This document shows positions 18,317-27,629 of a DNA stretch of 64,000 nucleotides, piece after piece. The stretch's first letter is position 1. Each line of letters begins with the position of its first letter. Both the position numbers and the translations under genes were made by a program. The notes under the pieces are model-generated. The model made no database searches. It was not told the origin of the DNA and saw only the letters and a list, made by a program, of their open reading frames with translations. This DNA is from an uncultured Bacteroidota bacterium (GTDB taxonomy: Bacteria; Bacteroidota; Bacteroidia; Chitinophagales; Chitinophagaceae), in assembly GCA_903835005.1 (NCBI GenBank), contig CAILLK010000117.1, positions 8,422 through 72,421 on the forward strand, given 5' to 3'.

Positions 18317-18643
18317 ATGGCAAGTTTTGGTGATTTTATTAGGCAAGAAAGAGAAAAGAACTCTTGGACTCAAACTGAATTCGGAGCAAAAATTGGCATT
18401 AATTCAAGTGCTATTAGTCGTATTGAGCATGGCACAAAACAATTAAGTGCAGATAAACTTGATCTCCTCTCAAAGCTCTTTAATATTGAAATTTCTAAGA
18501 TTAGTATACTTTATTTTGGTGAAAAGATTGGAAGGATGGTATATGAAAACAATTGTCCGGAAAGTGTATTTGTTGTTGCCGAGGAAACAGTAGAATATCT
18601 TAAGGTAAAACATACCAAACAAAGTAAAATAAAATTTGATTAA
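18317..18643 (+). CDS. XRE-family helix-turn-helix protein (possible R-M controller protein)
   Basis: The HTH_3-like segment WTQTEFGAKIGINSSAISRIEHGTKQLSADKLDLLSKLF. The stop lies 8 nt before the R-M-S gene. Confidence 0.75.
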   Translation: MASFGDFIRQEREKNSWTQTEFGAKIGINSSAISRIEHGTKQLSADKLDLLSKLFNIEISKISILYFGEKIGRMVYENNCPESVFVVAEETVEYLKVKHTKQSKIKFD

Positions 18644-18651
18644 ACCAAGAC

Positions 18652-21600
18652 ATGCCACACAGAAAACTTTTAATGAATTTAGGATTTGTACCTAAAGAAA
18701 ACACATCGGGAGTATTTACAAAAAAATATTCCCTATGCGGGAATTATAGCATTGATGTGGATTTGGATAATGGGAAAATAAGTTATGGAGAACTGATAAA
18801 GAAAGGTACTCAAAGTACACTAAACCTGCTACAGGCAGAAAATTGGGTAGTGCTGGAATGTGTAAACAGGCTTCTTGAAAAAGGATATAAACCCGAAAAT
18901 ATTACTCTTGAAAAAGTCTATCCGGCAGGACATGGATTTTCAGGCAGATTGGATATATGTGTCAGCTATGATGATGGTTCGGAATACTTGTTGATAGAAT
19001 GTAAAACCTATGGAAAAGAATTCGATAAGGCAGTTAATAAATTAAAGAAAGATGGTGGGCAGTTATTTACTTATTTTAAGTTCAGCAATAAAGCAGATAT
19101 TATTATGCTTTATGCTTCAGAACTGAATAATAATAAAGTTATTTACAAATCTGAAATCATTAAAATTGAGGATGACTACAGAACGGGTGATGTAAAGGAT
19201 TTTTATGATAAATGGAATAAACTTACAAAAGATAATGGAGTTTTTGATTCTTGGGTAAGCCCTTACCAATTTTTGAGCAAAGCATTAACTCTTGAATTGC
19301 TGGAACCTATTAAACAAGAAGACAGTAGTTTTATATTTAATAGATTTAAAGAAATCCTCCGGCATAATGTAGTTTCGGACTTACCCAATGCATTCAATAA
19401 AATTTTTACATTATTTCTATGTAAAATTTATGATGAGAAGGTTAATGAAGGTACTGAGAATGAGCTGGGTTTTCAATGGAATGAGGGTTTAGATGATGAT
19501 ATTTCATTCCAATTGCGCTTAACTGACTTATACAAAAATGGCATGTTCGAATTTTTAGAGAAAAAAGTAACAGACTTCTCAGAAACTGAATTCGAAAATA
19601 AATTTAAAAGTCTGGATGATAGTGTAAAAACAGCATTGCTGACGGAGTTTAAAAAGATCAGGTTAGAGAAAAATAACGAATTTGCAATTAAGGAGGTATA
19701 TGATGAGAAATCATTCAAGGAAAATGCAAAAGTTGTAAAGGAAGTTGTTGAATTATTGCAGGGCTATAAAATCCGATACACTAAAAAGCAGCAATACCTT
19801 TCAGATTTCTTTGAATTGCTATTAACAACCGGATTAAAGCAGGAATCCGGTCAATTTTTTACTCCTGTACCTGTTGCTCAATTTATAATTAAAAGCCTTC
19901 CAATAGATTCAATAGTTGAGGATAAATTGCATAAAGGAGAAGCGAATAATCTGCTACCATTCGTTATGGATTATGCAGCAGGCAGTGGCCATTTTTTGAC
20001 TGAGGCCATGCATGAAATTCAAAGATTGATTGATCAGAAAGACGATAAAAAATATAGCCCCGGAATAGCAAAAAAAATCAGGAACTGGAAAGACGACCAT
20101 TTCGATTGGGCATTGGATTATATATATGGGATTGAAAAAGATTACAGGCTTGTTAAGGTAGGTAAAGTGGGATGCTATTTGCATGGGGATGGATTAGCAA
20201 ATGTATTACACACAGATGGTTTAGCTAATTTTAATCATCCTGATTATAAAGGAAAATTAAAGCATAGGGATAAAGACTTCCCGATTGATAACAAAGAATT
20301 TGAAATCATAGTTTCAAATCCTCCTTATTCAGTATCTGCATTTAAAAATGCATCTCGTGAATATTATCGTGAAAATGATTTTTCACTCTACGATAAATTG
20401 ACAGACAATAGTTCTGAAATTGAATGTCTCTTTATTGAACGAACAAAACAATTATTGAAAGACGGAGGGGTGGCTGGAATCATCTTACCGAGTTCAATTC
20501 TTGGTAATGCCGGATTATATTCTAAATCGAGAGAAATTATTCTACAGTATTTTGATATAATAGCTATTGCAGAATTAGGTTCCAATACATTCATGGCAAC
20601 TGGAACAAATACGGTTACATTATTTTTGAGGAGAAGGAATAATTATGAGAGTATTAATCTGAAAATTGCAGTAGGTAAATTTTTTACAAATTTAAAGGAT
20701 GTTACTTTAAGTGGTATTGAGAATCCGGTTACAAAATATGTCGAGTATGTTTGGGGAAGTATTTCATTTTATGATTACATTTCTCTTTTGCAAAAAACAC
20801 CCAATAATACTATTAAAGAGCATGAATTATATATAGAATATAGAAAAAAAATCAAGGCTAAAAATGAAATGGAGTTTTGGAATATTCTGATTGAAATTGA
20901 AAAAGAAAAACTTTTCTATTTTATTATAGTATTACCTCAAAATATTGTACTTATTAAAAGCGGTGAAAAAGATGCTGAAAAACGCTTTCTTGGTTATGAG
21001 TTTAGTTACCGCCGCGGAAGTGAAGGTATTCACTCAATGCAAAGAGGAAAGAGTATTGAAGATTGTACGGTCCTTTTTGATTCGAATGTATTTGATAACC
21101 CGACTAAAGCAAGTACTTACATTTATAAAGCGTTTAATGGTGATTTTGATTTCCCTATTAATGAAGAATTGAAGCAAAATATTACACGCCTACGCTTAGT
21201 AGATATGATTACTTTTGATAGAGTGGAATTTGAGAAGAGTATATCAATATCTGTAAAAAAAAAAGCAACTATACAAAGTAAATGGGAAATAAAAAGGCTA
21301 GCAGATATTTTAGCCTCTTTAGAAAGTGGAAAAAGACCTAAAGGTGGAGTTGGAGAATATCAAAGTGGTATACCGAGTTTAGGAGGAGAACATATTAAGT
21401 TGGATGGTACTGTATCAACAAATAATATGAAATTTGTTCCAGAAGCTTTTTTTAATAATTCAAAGCAAGGAATTTTACATGATTTAGATATATTAATTTG
21501 TAAAGATGGAGCTTTGACAGGAAAAACTTCTCTTTTTAAAAAGAATTTATTTCTTTTCGAGAAAGGAATGGTAAATGAGCATGTTTTTATATTAAGAGTA

Positions 21601-22443
21601 AATAATGCATGTAGGCAAAAGTATATTTTTTACTTGCTTTATTCAATTCAGGGCCAAGAAATCTTGAAATTAAATGTAACTGGTTCAGCACAAGGTGGAT
21701 TGAACCGTGAGAATTTATTGAATATATGTTTACCAGTTCCTCCAATAGATATTCAAGATAAAATTGTTTCTGAAATAGAAATTTTAGAAACAAAAGAATT
21801 GACATTTAGTTTAGAAATTAATAATTTTAAAGATGAAAGAGATATTTTAATTGTTAATGCATCAAATTCTCTTTTTAAGTTAAAAGAAATTACCTCGAAA
21901 ATTGGAAGTGGTGCAACTCCAGATGGAGGGGATTCCTCCTACATACAAAAAGGAATAAGCCTAATACGAAGCCAAAACGTATATGACAATGAATTTTATA
22001 AAGAAGGTTTGGCATTTATTGATGACAATCAAGCCAAGAAATTAAATAATGTTACTGTAGAAGCAAATGATATACTTATCAATATAACAGGTGCTTCCGT
22101 AGCCAGATGTTGCATAGTTGATAAAGCTTATTTGCCTGCTAGGGTTAATCAACACGTTGCAATTATTAGAACGAATGAAAAAGCATTACCTAAATATGTT
22201 CAACAAATTTTAGTGAGTACTAAGTATAAATCTGAGTTGCTTTCTCTTTCTGAAAGCAGTTCAACAAGAGAAGCTATAACTAAGTCTCAACTTGAAGATT
22301 TCAGGATTCCACTTCCACCACTTTCTGAACAACAAAAGATTGTAAATGAAATAGAAGCTTTAGAAGATAAAATTGCTAATCTAGAAGCAGAACTAGCTAC
22401 AATACCTCACAAAAAAGAATTAATACTGAAAAAATATCTATAA
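18652..22443 (+). CDS. Single-polypeptide restriction-modification-specificity enzyme (PD-(D/E)XK nuclease + gamma N6-adenine methyltransferase + two HsdS-like TRDs; type IIB/IIG-like)
   Basis: Nuclease core GRLD101...E116-C-K118. Methyltransferase motifs GQFFTP (aa 400-405), DYAAGSGHF (440-448) and NPPY (556-559, nt 20317-20328). Two TRDs (WEIKRLADILASLESGKRPKGG..., FKLKEITSKIGSGATPDGG...), each followed by a conserved spacer (LPVPPIDIQDKIVSEIEILE; LPLPPLSEQQKIVNEIEALEDKIANLEAE). Confidence 0.85.
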   Translation: MPHRKLLMNLGFVPKENTSGVFTKKYSLCGNYSIDVDLDNGKISYGELIKKGTQSTLNLLQAENWVVLECVNRLLEKGYKPENITLEKVYPAGHGFSGRLDICVSYDDGSEYLLIECKTYGKEFDKAVNKLKKDGGQLFTYFKFSNKADIIMLYASELNNNKVIYKSEIIKIEDDYRTGDVKDFYDKWNKLTKDNGVFDSWVSPYQFLSKALTLELLEPIKQEDSSFIFNRFKEILRHNVVSDLPNAFNKIFTLFLCKIYDEKVNEGTENELGFQWNEGLDDDISFQLRLTDLYKNGMFEFLEKKVTDFSETEFENKFKSLDDSVKTALLTEFKKIRLEKNNEFAIKEVYDEKSFKENAKVVKEVVELLQGYKIRYTKKQQYLSDFFELLLTTGLKQESGQFFTPVPVAQFIIKSLPIDSIVEDKLHKGEANNLLPFVMDYAAGSGHFLTEAMHEIQRLIDQKDDKKYSPGIAKKIRNWKDDHFDWALDYIYGIEKDYRLVKVGKVGCYLHGDGLANVLHTDGLANFNHPDYKGKLKHRDKDFPIDNKEFEIIVSNPPYSVSAFKNASREYYRENDFSLYDKLTDNSSEIECLFIERTKQLLKDGGVAGIILPSSILGNAGLYSKSREIILQYFDIIAIAELGSNTFMATGTNTVTLFLRRRNNYESINLKIAVGKFFTNLKDVTLSGIENPVTKYVEYVWGSISFYDYISLLQKTPNNTIKEHELYIEYRKKIKAKNEMEFWNILIEIEKEKLFYFIIVLPQNIVLIKSGEKDAEKRFLGYEFSYRRGSEGIHSMQRGKSIEDCTVLFDSNVFDNPTKASTYIYKAFNGDFDFPINEELKQNITRLRLVDMITFDRVEFEKSISISVKKKATIQSKWEIKRLADILASLESGKRPKGGVGEYQSGIPSLGGEHIKLDGTVSTNNMKFVPEAFFNNSKQGILHDLDILICKDGALTGKTSLFKKNLFLFEKGMVNEHVFILRVNNACRQKYIFYLLYSIQGQEILKLNVTGSAQGGLNRENLLNICLPVPPIDIQDKIVSEIEILETKELTFSLEINNFKDERDILIVNASNSLFKLKEITSKIGSGATPDGGDSSYIQKGISLIRSQNVYDNEFYKEGLAFIDDNQAKKLNNVTVEANDILINITGASVARCCIVDKAYLPARVNQHVAIIRTNEKALPKYVQQILVSTKYKSELLSLSESSSTREAITKSQLEDFRIPLPPLSEQQKIVNEIEALEDKIANLEAELATIPHKKELILKKYL

Positions 22444-22472
22444 TTTTTATCTGGACAACACTATTAATTCCC

Positions 22473-24017
22473 ATGGAGAAACTAAGTAGCCGTTCAGAGA
22501 ATAAGACAGGTATTGTGTCTCATATTCTGCTGTTGTTGTCTGTATTTGTTATTGCCACCTGCGGGCTCATTTATGAGCTTATTGCAGGCACTCTGGCCAG
22601 TTATCTGCTGGGCGATTCCATTACCCAGTTTTCCACCATCATTGGCACTTACCTGTTTGCTATGGGTATCGGCTCCTGGTTCTCCAAATACCTGGATGGC
22701 AATCTGCTGAAGTGGTTTATAAGAATAGAAATTTTAGTCGGCCTTGTGGGAGGTTGCAGTGCCCCGGTACTGTTTGCCATTTTTGAGCATGTTGAATCTT
22801 TCCGGCTCATTCTCTATGCTTTTGTAGGGATGACGGGGGTGCTTGTCGGGCTGGAGATACCCCTGCTGATGCGCATTCTCAAAAACAATTTTGAGTTTAA
22901 AGACCTGGTCTCCAATATATTCACTTTCGACTATATAGGCGGCCTGCTGGCCTCACTTATTTTTCCACTCGTACTGGTACCCTACATGGGGCTGATAAGA
23001 ACTTCCCTGTTTTTCGGACTAATGAATATAGTAGTGGCTTTATTGCTGCTCTATAAGTTTAAAGAAACAAGAGGCTACCGCCGACACTTTTTAGTTATAA
23101 TAATCATTAGTATACTTGTGTTTATAGTTGGATTCGCTTATGCCGAACGGATAATGGCTTACTCCGAGAGTATGACCTTCCAGGATAAGGTTATCTATAG
23201 CAAAAGCACAGTTTACCAGCGCATAGTGATTACCAAAAACAACCGGGAACTGCGCCTCTTCCTGAATGGCAACCTTCAGTTCAGTTCGGCCGATGAATAC
23301 CGGTATCACGAGGCGCTCATTCACCCTGCAATGCAGGCCCTGCCGCATGCCCGCAATGCCATGGTTCTTGGTGGCGGCGACGGGCTGGCTGTGCGCGAAT
23401 TATTGAAATATCCCCAGCTCCAATCTATAAAACTCATCGACCTCGACCCCGGAATGACCAGCCTCTTCACACATAACCAGATGCTGGCCCAGCTGAACAA
23501 CCATTCACTCAGCTCGCCAAGGGTGAAGGTAATCAATACCGACGCCTACAACTGGGTACGCAATGATACCACCCGCTACGACTGCATTATTATTGATTTC
23601 CCCGATCCCGGCAACTATTCTGTAGGTAAGCTCTATACCAATTCTTTTTATAAAGAGATCTACCGTTTGCTCAGCGATGACGGGGTAGTAGTAGTACAAT
23701 CCACTTCGCCCTATATAGGCCGCCGGTCGTTCTGGTGCATTGATCATACTATAGCATCAGTTGGCTTTTTGACCATGCCCTACCATACTTATGTGCCTTC
23801 GTTCGGGGAGTGGGGATATGTGATGGCTACTAAAAACCATAGCTGGCGCAATGATGGCGAACTGCCCGAAGGGCTGCGGTACATCAATGCGGCAACCATC
23901 AGAGACATGATGTTCTTTCCTCCGGATATGTGCGAGGTTACTACCGATATCAACCGCCTGAATAACCAGGTACTGGTGCATTATTTCGAAACAGACTGGG
24001 GGCCTTATGCACACTGA
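22473..24017 (+). CDS. Membrane-anchored polyamine aminopropyltransferase (spermidine synthase-like)
   Basis: The N-terminal ~200 aa form a multi-TM region. The C-terminal spermidine-synthase fold shows motifs VLGGGDGLAVRELLK, LIDLDP and IIIDFPDPGN. Confidence 0.8.
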   Translation: MEKLSSRSENKTGIVSHILLLLSVFVIATCGLIYELIAGTLASYLLGDSITQFSTIIGTYLFAMGIGSWFSKYLDGNLLKWFIRIEILVGLVGGCSAPVLFAIFEHVESFRLILYAFVGMTGVLVGLEIPLLMRILKNNFEFKDLVSNIFTFDYIGGLLASLIFPLVLVPYMGLIRTSLFFGLMNIVVALLLLYKFKETRGYRRHFLVIIIISILVFIVGFAYAERIMAYSESMTFQDKVIYSKSTVYQRIVITKNNRELRLFLNGNLQFSSADEYRYHEALIHPAMQALPHARNAMVLGGGDGLAVRELLKYPQLQSIKLIDLDPGMTSLFTHNQMLAQLNNHSLSSPRVKVINTDAYNWVRNDTTRYDCIIIDFPDPGNYSVGKLYTNSFYKEIYRLLSDDGVVVVQSTSPYIGRRSFWCIDHTIASVGFLTMPYHTYVPSFGEWGYVMATKNHSWRNDGELPEGLRYINAATIRDMMFFPPDMCEVTTDINRLNNQVLVHYFETDWGPYAH

Positions 24018-25647
24018 TCCTATATATAACCGAAGGCTGTTTTTTAAGAAAGTACTTGCAGGTTCAGGGCTGCTTGCCGCCGGTATGTATACCGCCTGCA
24101 AACCCCGCAATCCGCTGGGGCATATTAAAGGGAGCATCATTGGCGCTAATTCACAGGTAGGGCATCTGGTCAGAAACATGGCTTCATTACCCGCACCCTC
24201 AAGGCAGGTAACTACTGATGTACTGATAATTGGCAGCGGCATATCGGGCCTTTCAGCCAAGAGATGGCTGCATAACCATGGTATGAATAATGTAATGCTC
24301 GTTGAAATGGACGATCATTTCGGGGGCAATGCCCATCACGGCAAAAATGAGGTTTCGGCTTATCCCTGGGGCGCCCACTACATCCCTGTTCCGGATATAA
24401 GAAATACCGAGTTGCTTGATTTTTTGAAAGAGATCAATGTAATAACCGCCTTTGATGCTTCAGGCTTGCCGGTATACAATGAATACTACCTTTGCATGGA
24501 TCCTGAAGAGCGTTTGTTTATAAACGGGCTGTGGCAGGAGGGTATAGTACCTGAAGCCGGAGTGCCTGCCGATGAGAAGGAACAATTCAAAAGATTTTCG
24601 GCATTGGTTGATCATTATAAATCAGCCATAGGTACTGATGGTAAGGATGCTTTTGTGATACCATTGGATAACTCCTCGGCTGATGAAGAGTTCAGAAAAC
24701 TGGATACAATTTCTTTCCGGCAATACCTCCTTGAGCAGGGTTATAATTCAAAATACCTGATCTGGTACCTGGAATATGGCTGTAAGGATGATTATGGCTG
24801 CAACCTCGATAACACCTCTGCATGGGCCGGTTTTCATTATTTTGCCTCACGCAAAGGGAAGGGGAGTAACTGCACCTCATCAGGGGTGATCACATGGCCG
24901 GAGGGTAATGGTTTCCTGATGGAGAACTTGAAGAAGCTGGCGGGCGATAATATAATTTCCTTACAACTAGCCTATGATATACAGGAATCGGAGAATGGCG
25001 TAATAATAAAGGTATATGATGTTGCCCGCAAAGAAAGCTATACCATCAATGCCCGTAAGGTTTTGATAGCCTCACCCCAATATGTAAATAAGCATTTATT
25101 ATCTGCAATAGCTGCACCAGATCGGCTAAAGGCTTTTAATGATTTTCATTATGCGCCCTGGATGATAGCCAATATCACACTTAAACATATGCCGCAGCAA
25201 CGGGGCTTCCCGCTGTGCTGGGATAACGTAATTTATGGTACGCCATCGGTAGGCTATGTAGACGCCAATCACCAGGACCTCAAAAACAGTATGAAGCGGG
25301 TACTTACCTTTTATCTGCCCCTGGTTAACGATGACCCGGATGCAGCAAGGCGAAAAGCACACGTTACTCCATATGAGCATTGGCTGGAAATTATTGCAGG
25401 AGAAATGGAACACGCACATCCCGGTATTACAGAATGTATTGAGCATGCCGATATCTGGGTATGGGGGCATGGCATGATAGCCCCGCGGCCCGGCTTTATA
25501 TGGGGGCAAAGCCGGAAAACCGTAAAAGAGCCCATCAATAAAAAAATCTTTTTTGCGCATACCGATCTTAGCGGTATTTCTATTTTTGAAGAGGCGTTTT
25601 ATCAGGGTATAAGGGCGGCGAAGGAAATAAGCAATCAAAGTGTTTAA
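24007..25647 (+). CDS. FAD-dependent oxidoreductase (amine-oxidase-like) with Tat signal and probable lipobox
   Basis: The twin-arginine motif NRRLFFKK is followed by LLAAGMYTAC. The dinucleotide-binding motif is VLIIGSGISGLSAK. The start overlaps the preceding gene by 11 nt. Confidence 0.7.
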   Translation: MHTDPIYNRRLFFKKVLAGSGLLAAGMYTACKPRNPLGHIKGSIIGANSQVGHLVRNMASLPAPSRQVTTDVLIIGSGISGLSAKRWLHNHGMNNVMLVEMDDHFGGNAHHGKNEVSAYPWGAHYIPVPDIRNTELLDFLKEINVITAFDASGLPVYNEYYLCMDPEERLFINGLWQEGIVPEAGVPADEKEQFKRFSALVDHYKSAIGTDGKDAFVIPLDNSSADEEFRKLDTISFRQYLLEQGYNSKYLIWYLEYGCKDDYGCNLDNTSAWAGFHYFASRKGKGSNCTSSGVITWPEGNGFLMENLKKLAGDNIISLQLAYDIQESENGVIIKVYDVARKESYTINARKVLIASPQYVNKHLLSAIAAPDRLKAFNDFHYAPWMIANITLKHMPQQRGFPLCWDNVIYGTPSVGYVDANHQDLKNSMKRVLTFYLPLVNDDPDAARRKAHVTPYEHWLEIIAGEMEHAHPGITECIEHADIWVWGHGMIAPRPGFIWGQSRKTVKEPINKKIFFAHTDLSGISIFEEAFYQGIRAAKEISNQSV

Positions 25648-25774
25648 CCGAAAAAAAACAGGAAGGTATAAATTGAAAATTGAGTAAATTTATTTAATCA
25701 TCGTCACTTGAAAACTGGCTTTGTGTTTCTTTGCGTTACTCTTTGCGGCCTTTGCATTAAAATCAGTAGTATTA

Positions 25775-26839
25775 ATGGAAGAAAACACCAGACAACCTTG
25801 GATAAAAACCGCGGTCTACGACAGCGTCTTCATCCTGCTGCCGCCTTTCCTGGCAATGGTAGTAGTTGGGTTGCTGCCCGAAAGGTTCCGGCATTCAGCC
25901 GATATGCCGGTGATGAGCTGGGTATTGCTGGTGCTGTTTGTAGATGTGGCTCATGTTTACAGTACTTTGTACAATACGTATTTCGATAAGGCACGCTTTG
26001 AGCGGCGCAAAAAGTTGTTTATAACCGTACCCATAATTTGTTTTCTGGTCGGCTTTGTGCTGCACCTGTTTGGCGGTATTGTTTTCTGGCGGGCGCTGGC
26101 ATATGTGGCAGTGTTTCATTTCATCAGGCAGCAATATGGCTTTATGCGCATCTATACCCGCGATGACCCCAAACATAACCTGTCAACTGTTATGGATTCC
26201 CTCGTTATCTATTCAGCTACCTTGTATCCGCTTATATACTGGCATTGCACACCGGGCCGCAATTTCAACTGGTTTGTAAACAATGATTTTATCTCTGGCA
26301 GTTCTGAAAATGTGAAGTTTTATGCCGGAATTCTCTACTTACTTATTCTGATAGTTTATGTTATCAACGAATTATTCCGGTTATTGAATACCGGAAATTT
26401 CAACCTGCCTAAAAATGTACTGATAGCCGGTACTGCTGTTTCATGGTACCTCGGTATTGTCTGGTTCAATGGCGACCTGGCCTTTACCATGCTCAATGTA
26501 GTATCGCATGGCATACCCTATATGGCGCTGGTGTGGCAGGGCATCAGTAAGACAGGCAGTGAAGGCAAGGTTAAAGCTGCCCGGTCTGTATGGCGGTTAT
26601 CGGCCAGGTGGTACGGATTATTCCTGTTTCTGGGTTCCCTTTTTCTGTTGGCCTACCTCGAAGAGGGCCTGTGGGATGGCTTTGTATGGCACGAGCACCT
26701 GGGTGTATTCGGTATTTTTAATTGGCTGCCCCATGTAAACAATGATTTTCTGCTGGCTTTATTAGTACCGCTGCTATCATTACCGCAGTCTACACACTAC
26801 ATGCTGGATGCGTTTATCTGGAGAAAAAAGTATGCATGA
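25775..26839 (+). CDS. Polytopic integral membrane protein, family not recognised
   Basis: About 9-10 hydrophobic segments. The ORF track starts at TTG 25721; the first ATG (25775, MEENTRQPW) is the more plausible start. Confidence 0.5.
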   Translation: MEENTRQPWIKTAVYDSVFILLPPFLAMVVVGLLPERFRHSADMPVMSWVLLVLFVDVAHVYSTLYNTYFDKARFERRKKLFITVPIICFLVGFVLHLFGGIVFWRALAYVAVFHFIRQQYGFMRIYTRDDPKHNLSTVMDSLVIYSATLYPLIYWHCTPGRNFNWFVNNDFISGSSENVKFYAGILYLLILIVYVINELFRLLNTGNFNLPKNVLIAGTAVSWYLGIVWFNGDLAFTMLNVVSHGIPYMALVWQGISKTGSEGKVKAARSVWRLSARWYGLFLFLGSLFLLAYLEEGLWDGFVWHEHLGVFGIFNWLPHVNNDFLLALLVPLLSLPQSTHYMLDAFIWRKKYA

Positions 26840-26954
26840 TTTATGATATTTGGAATTTGTGGAAGTGGTAATTTGAAAAGAGAAATCAGGACACTTTTAA
26901 GATATCCCTTAATTTCAAAAATAAGTACCTATCTGTGTTTAGATTTGGTTTGTC

Positions 26955-26991
26955 AGAAAAAAGTTACGGATACCTTCACAATATCCGTAAC
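26955..26991 (-). terminator. Rho-independent terminator downstream of 27016-27519
   Basis: On the minus strand, GTTACGGATA-9 nt loop-TATCCGTAAC (26991-26963) is followed by TTTTTT (26962-26957), 25 nt after the stop codon. Confidence 0.7.
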
Positions 26992-27015
26992 CACTCTCAA
27001 CCAGATAGGGCCAGC

Positions 27016-27519
27016 TTAACGCTCTATTGTCCAGTGTGTGCCGGAGGCATCGTTTTCCCGCTTATCAGCGGCAAGGTTTACACCACCGGGAACGGTCAGG
27101 CCATTGAGGTAAATATGGGCTGGATTGTGATCCGACCCCAGGCATTCAAATGCCACAGTGCCATCGTGCAGGTGTATTTCCCTCCAGTGAGTACCGGATG
27201 GTTGTGTATCGGCTACCAGGTTCACTGCACCATTGCCGGTTTGTCCGTTAAGGTATACATACCTGGGATTGTTATAACTGCCCAGGCACCTGAAAGCTAC
27301 CTCGTCCCTTCCCAGCCGCACTTTTTCCCACCATGCCCCTGAATGGGCACGGTCTGCTTCTGGTGCAAGGTTTACCACTCCGTTGGTGGTTACTCCGTTC
27401 AGGTACTGGTACTTCGGATTATGAAAATTGCCCTGGCATAATAATTTTACTCTCTCCTGCGCGTTGGCATTAAAACCAATAGTTGTAATTGCTGCTAATA
27501 AAAAACTGATCTTTTTCAT
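27016..27519 (-). CDS. Secreted three-repeat beta-trefoil-like (lectin-like) protein
   Basis: Signal peptide MKKISFLLAAITTIGFNANAQ, then three 46-50 aa internal repeats (C-x-G-x3-NP-x-Y-x-YLNG-x5-G-x-VNL-x8-12-SG-x-W). Confidence 0.6.
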   Translation of the reverse strand: MKKISFLLAAITTIGFNANAQERVKLLCQGNFHNPKYQYLNGVTTNGVVNLAPEADRAHSGAWWEKVRLGRDEVAFRCLGSYNNPRYVYLNGQTGNGAVNLVADTQPSGTHWREIHLHDGTVAFECLGSDHNPAHIYLNGLTVPGGVNLAADKRENDASGTHWTIER

Positions 27520-27550
27520 TGTTTTGTTGTTTTTGTTAAGTCGATTATTT

Positions 27551-27586
27551 TACCTACTCTTTTCAGGGCTTTTCGGTTTCCGCCTG
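27551..27586 (-). promoter_or_regulatory. Conserved upstream motif, copy 1 (sense: CAGGCGGAAACCGAAAAGCCCTGAAAAGAGTAGGTA)
   Basis: Nearly identical to 29208-29242 and related to 30282-30320. It ends 31 nt upstream of ATG 27519. Confidence 0.55.
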
Positions 27587-27629
27587 TTATTTTTTTGAAT
27601 AAAATGTCCTTATTTTGATTTTTACGGAA

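Noticed and set aside
23757-24260. 167-aa minus-strand ORF spanning the aminopropyltransferase/oxidase junction
   Set aside because: It is antisense to two strongly supported, translationally coupled genes and has no motifs.
25126-25638. 170-aa minus-strand ORF inside the FAD oxidase gene
   Set aside because: It is an antisense shadow ORF with no recognisable family.
25708-25989. 93-aa ORF overlapping the start of the membrane protein gene in another frame
   Set aside because: The overlapping 372-aa frame encodes coherent TM segments. This frame gives an Arg/Gly-rich sequence without features.
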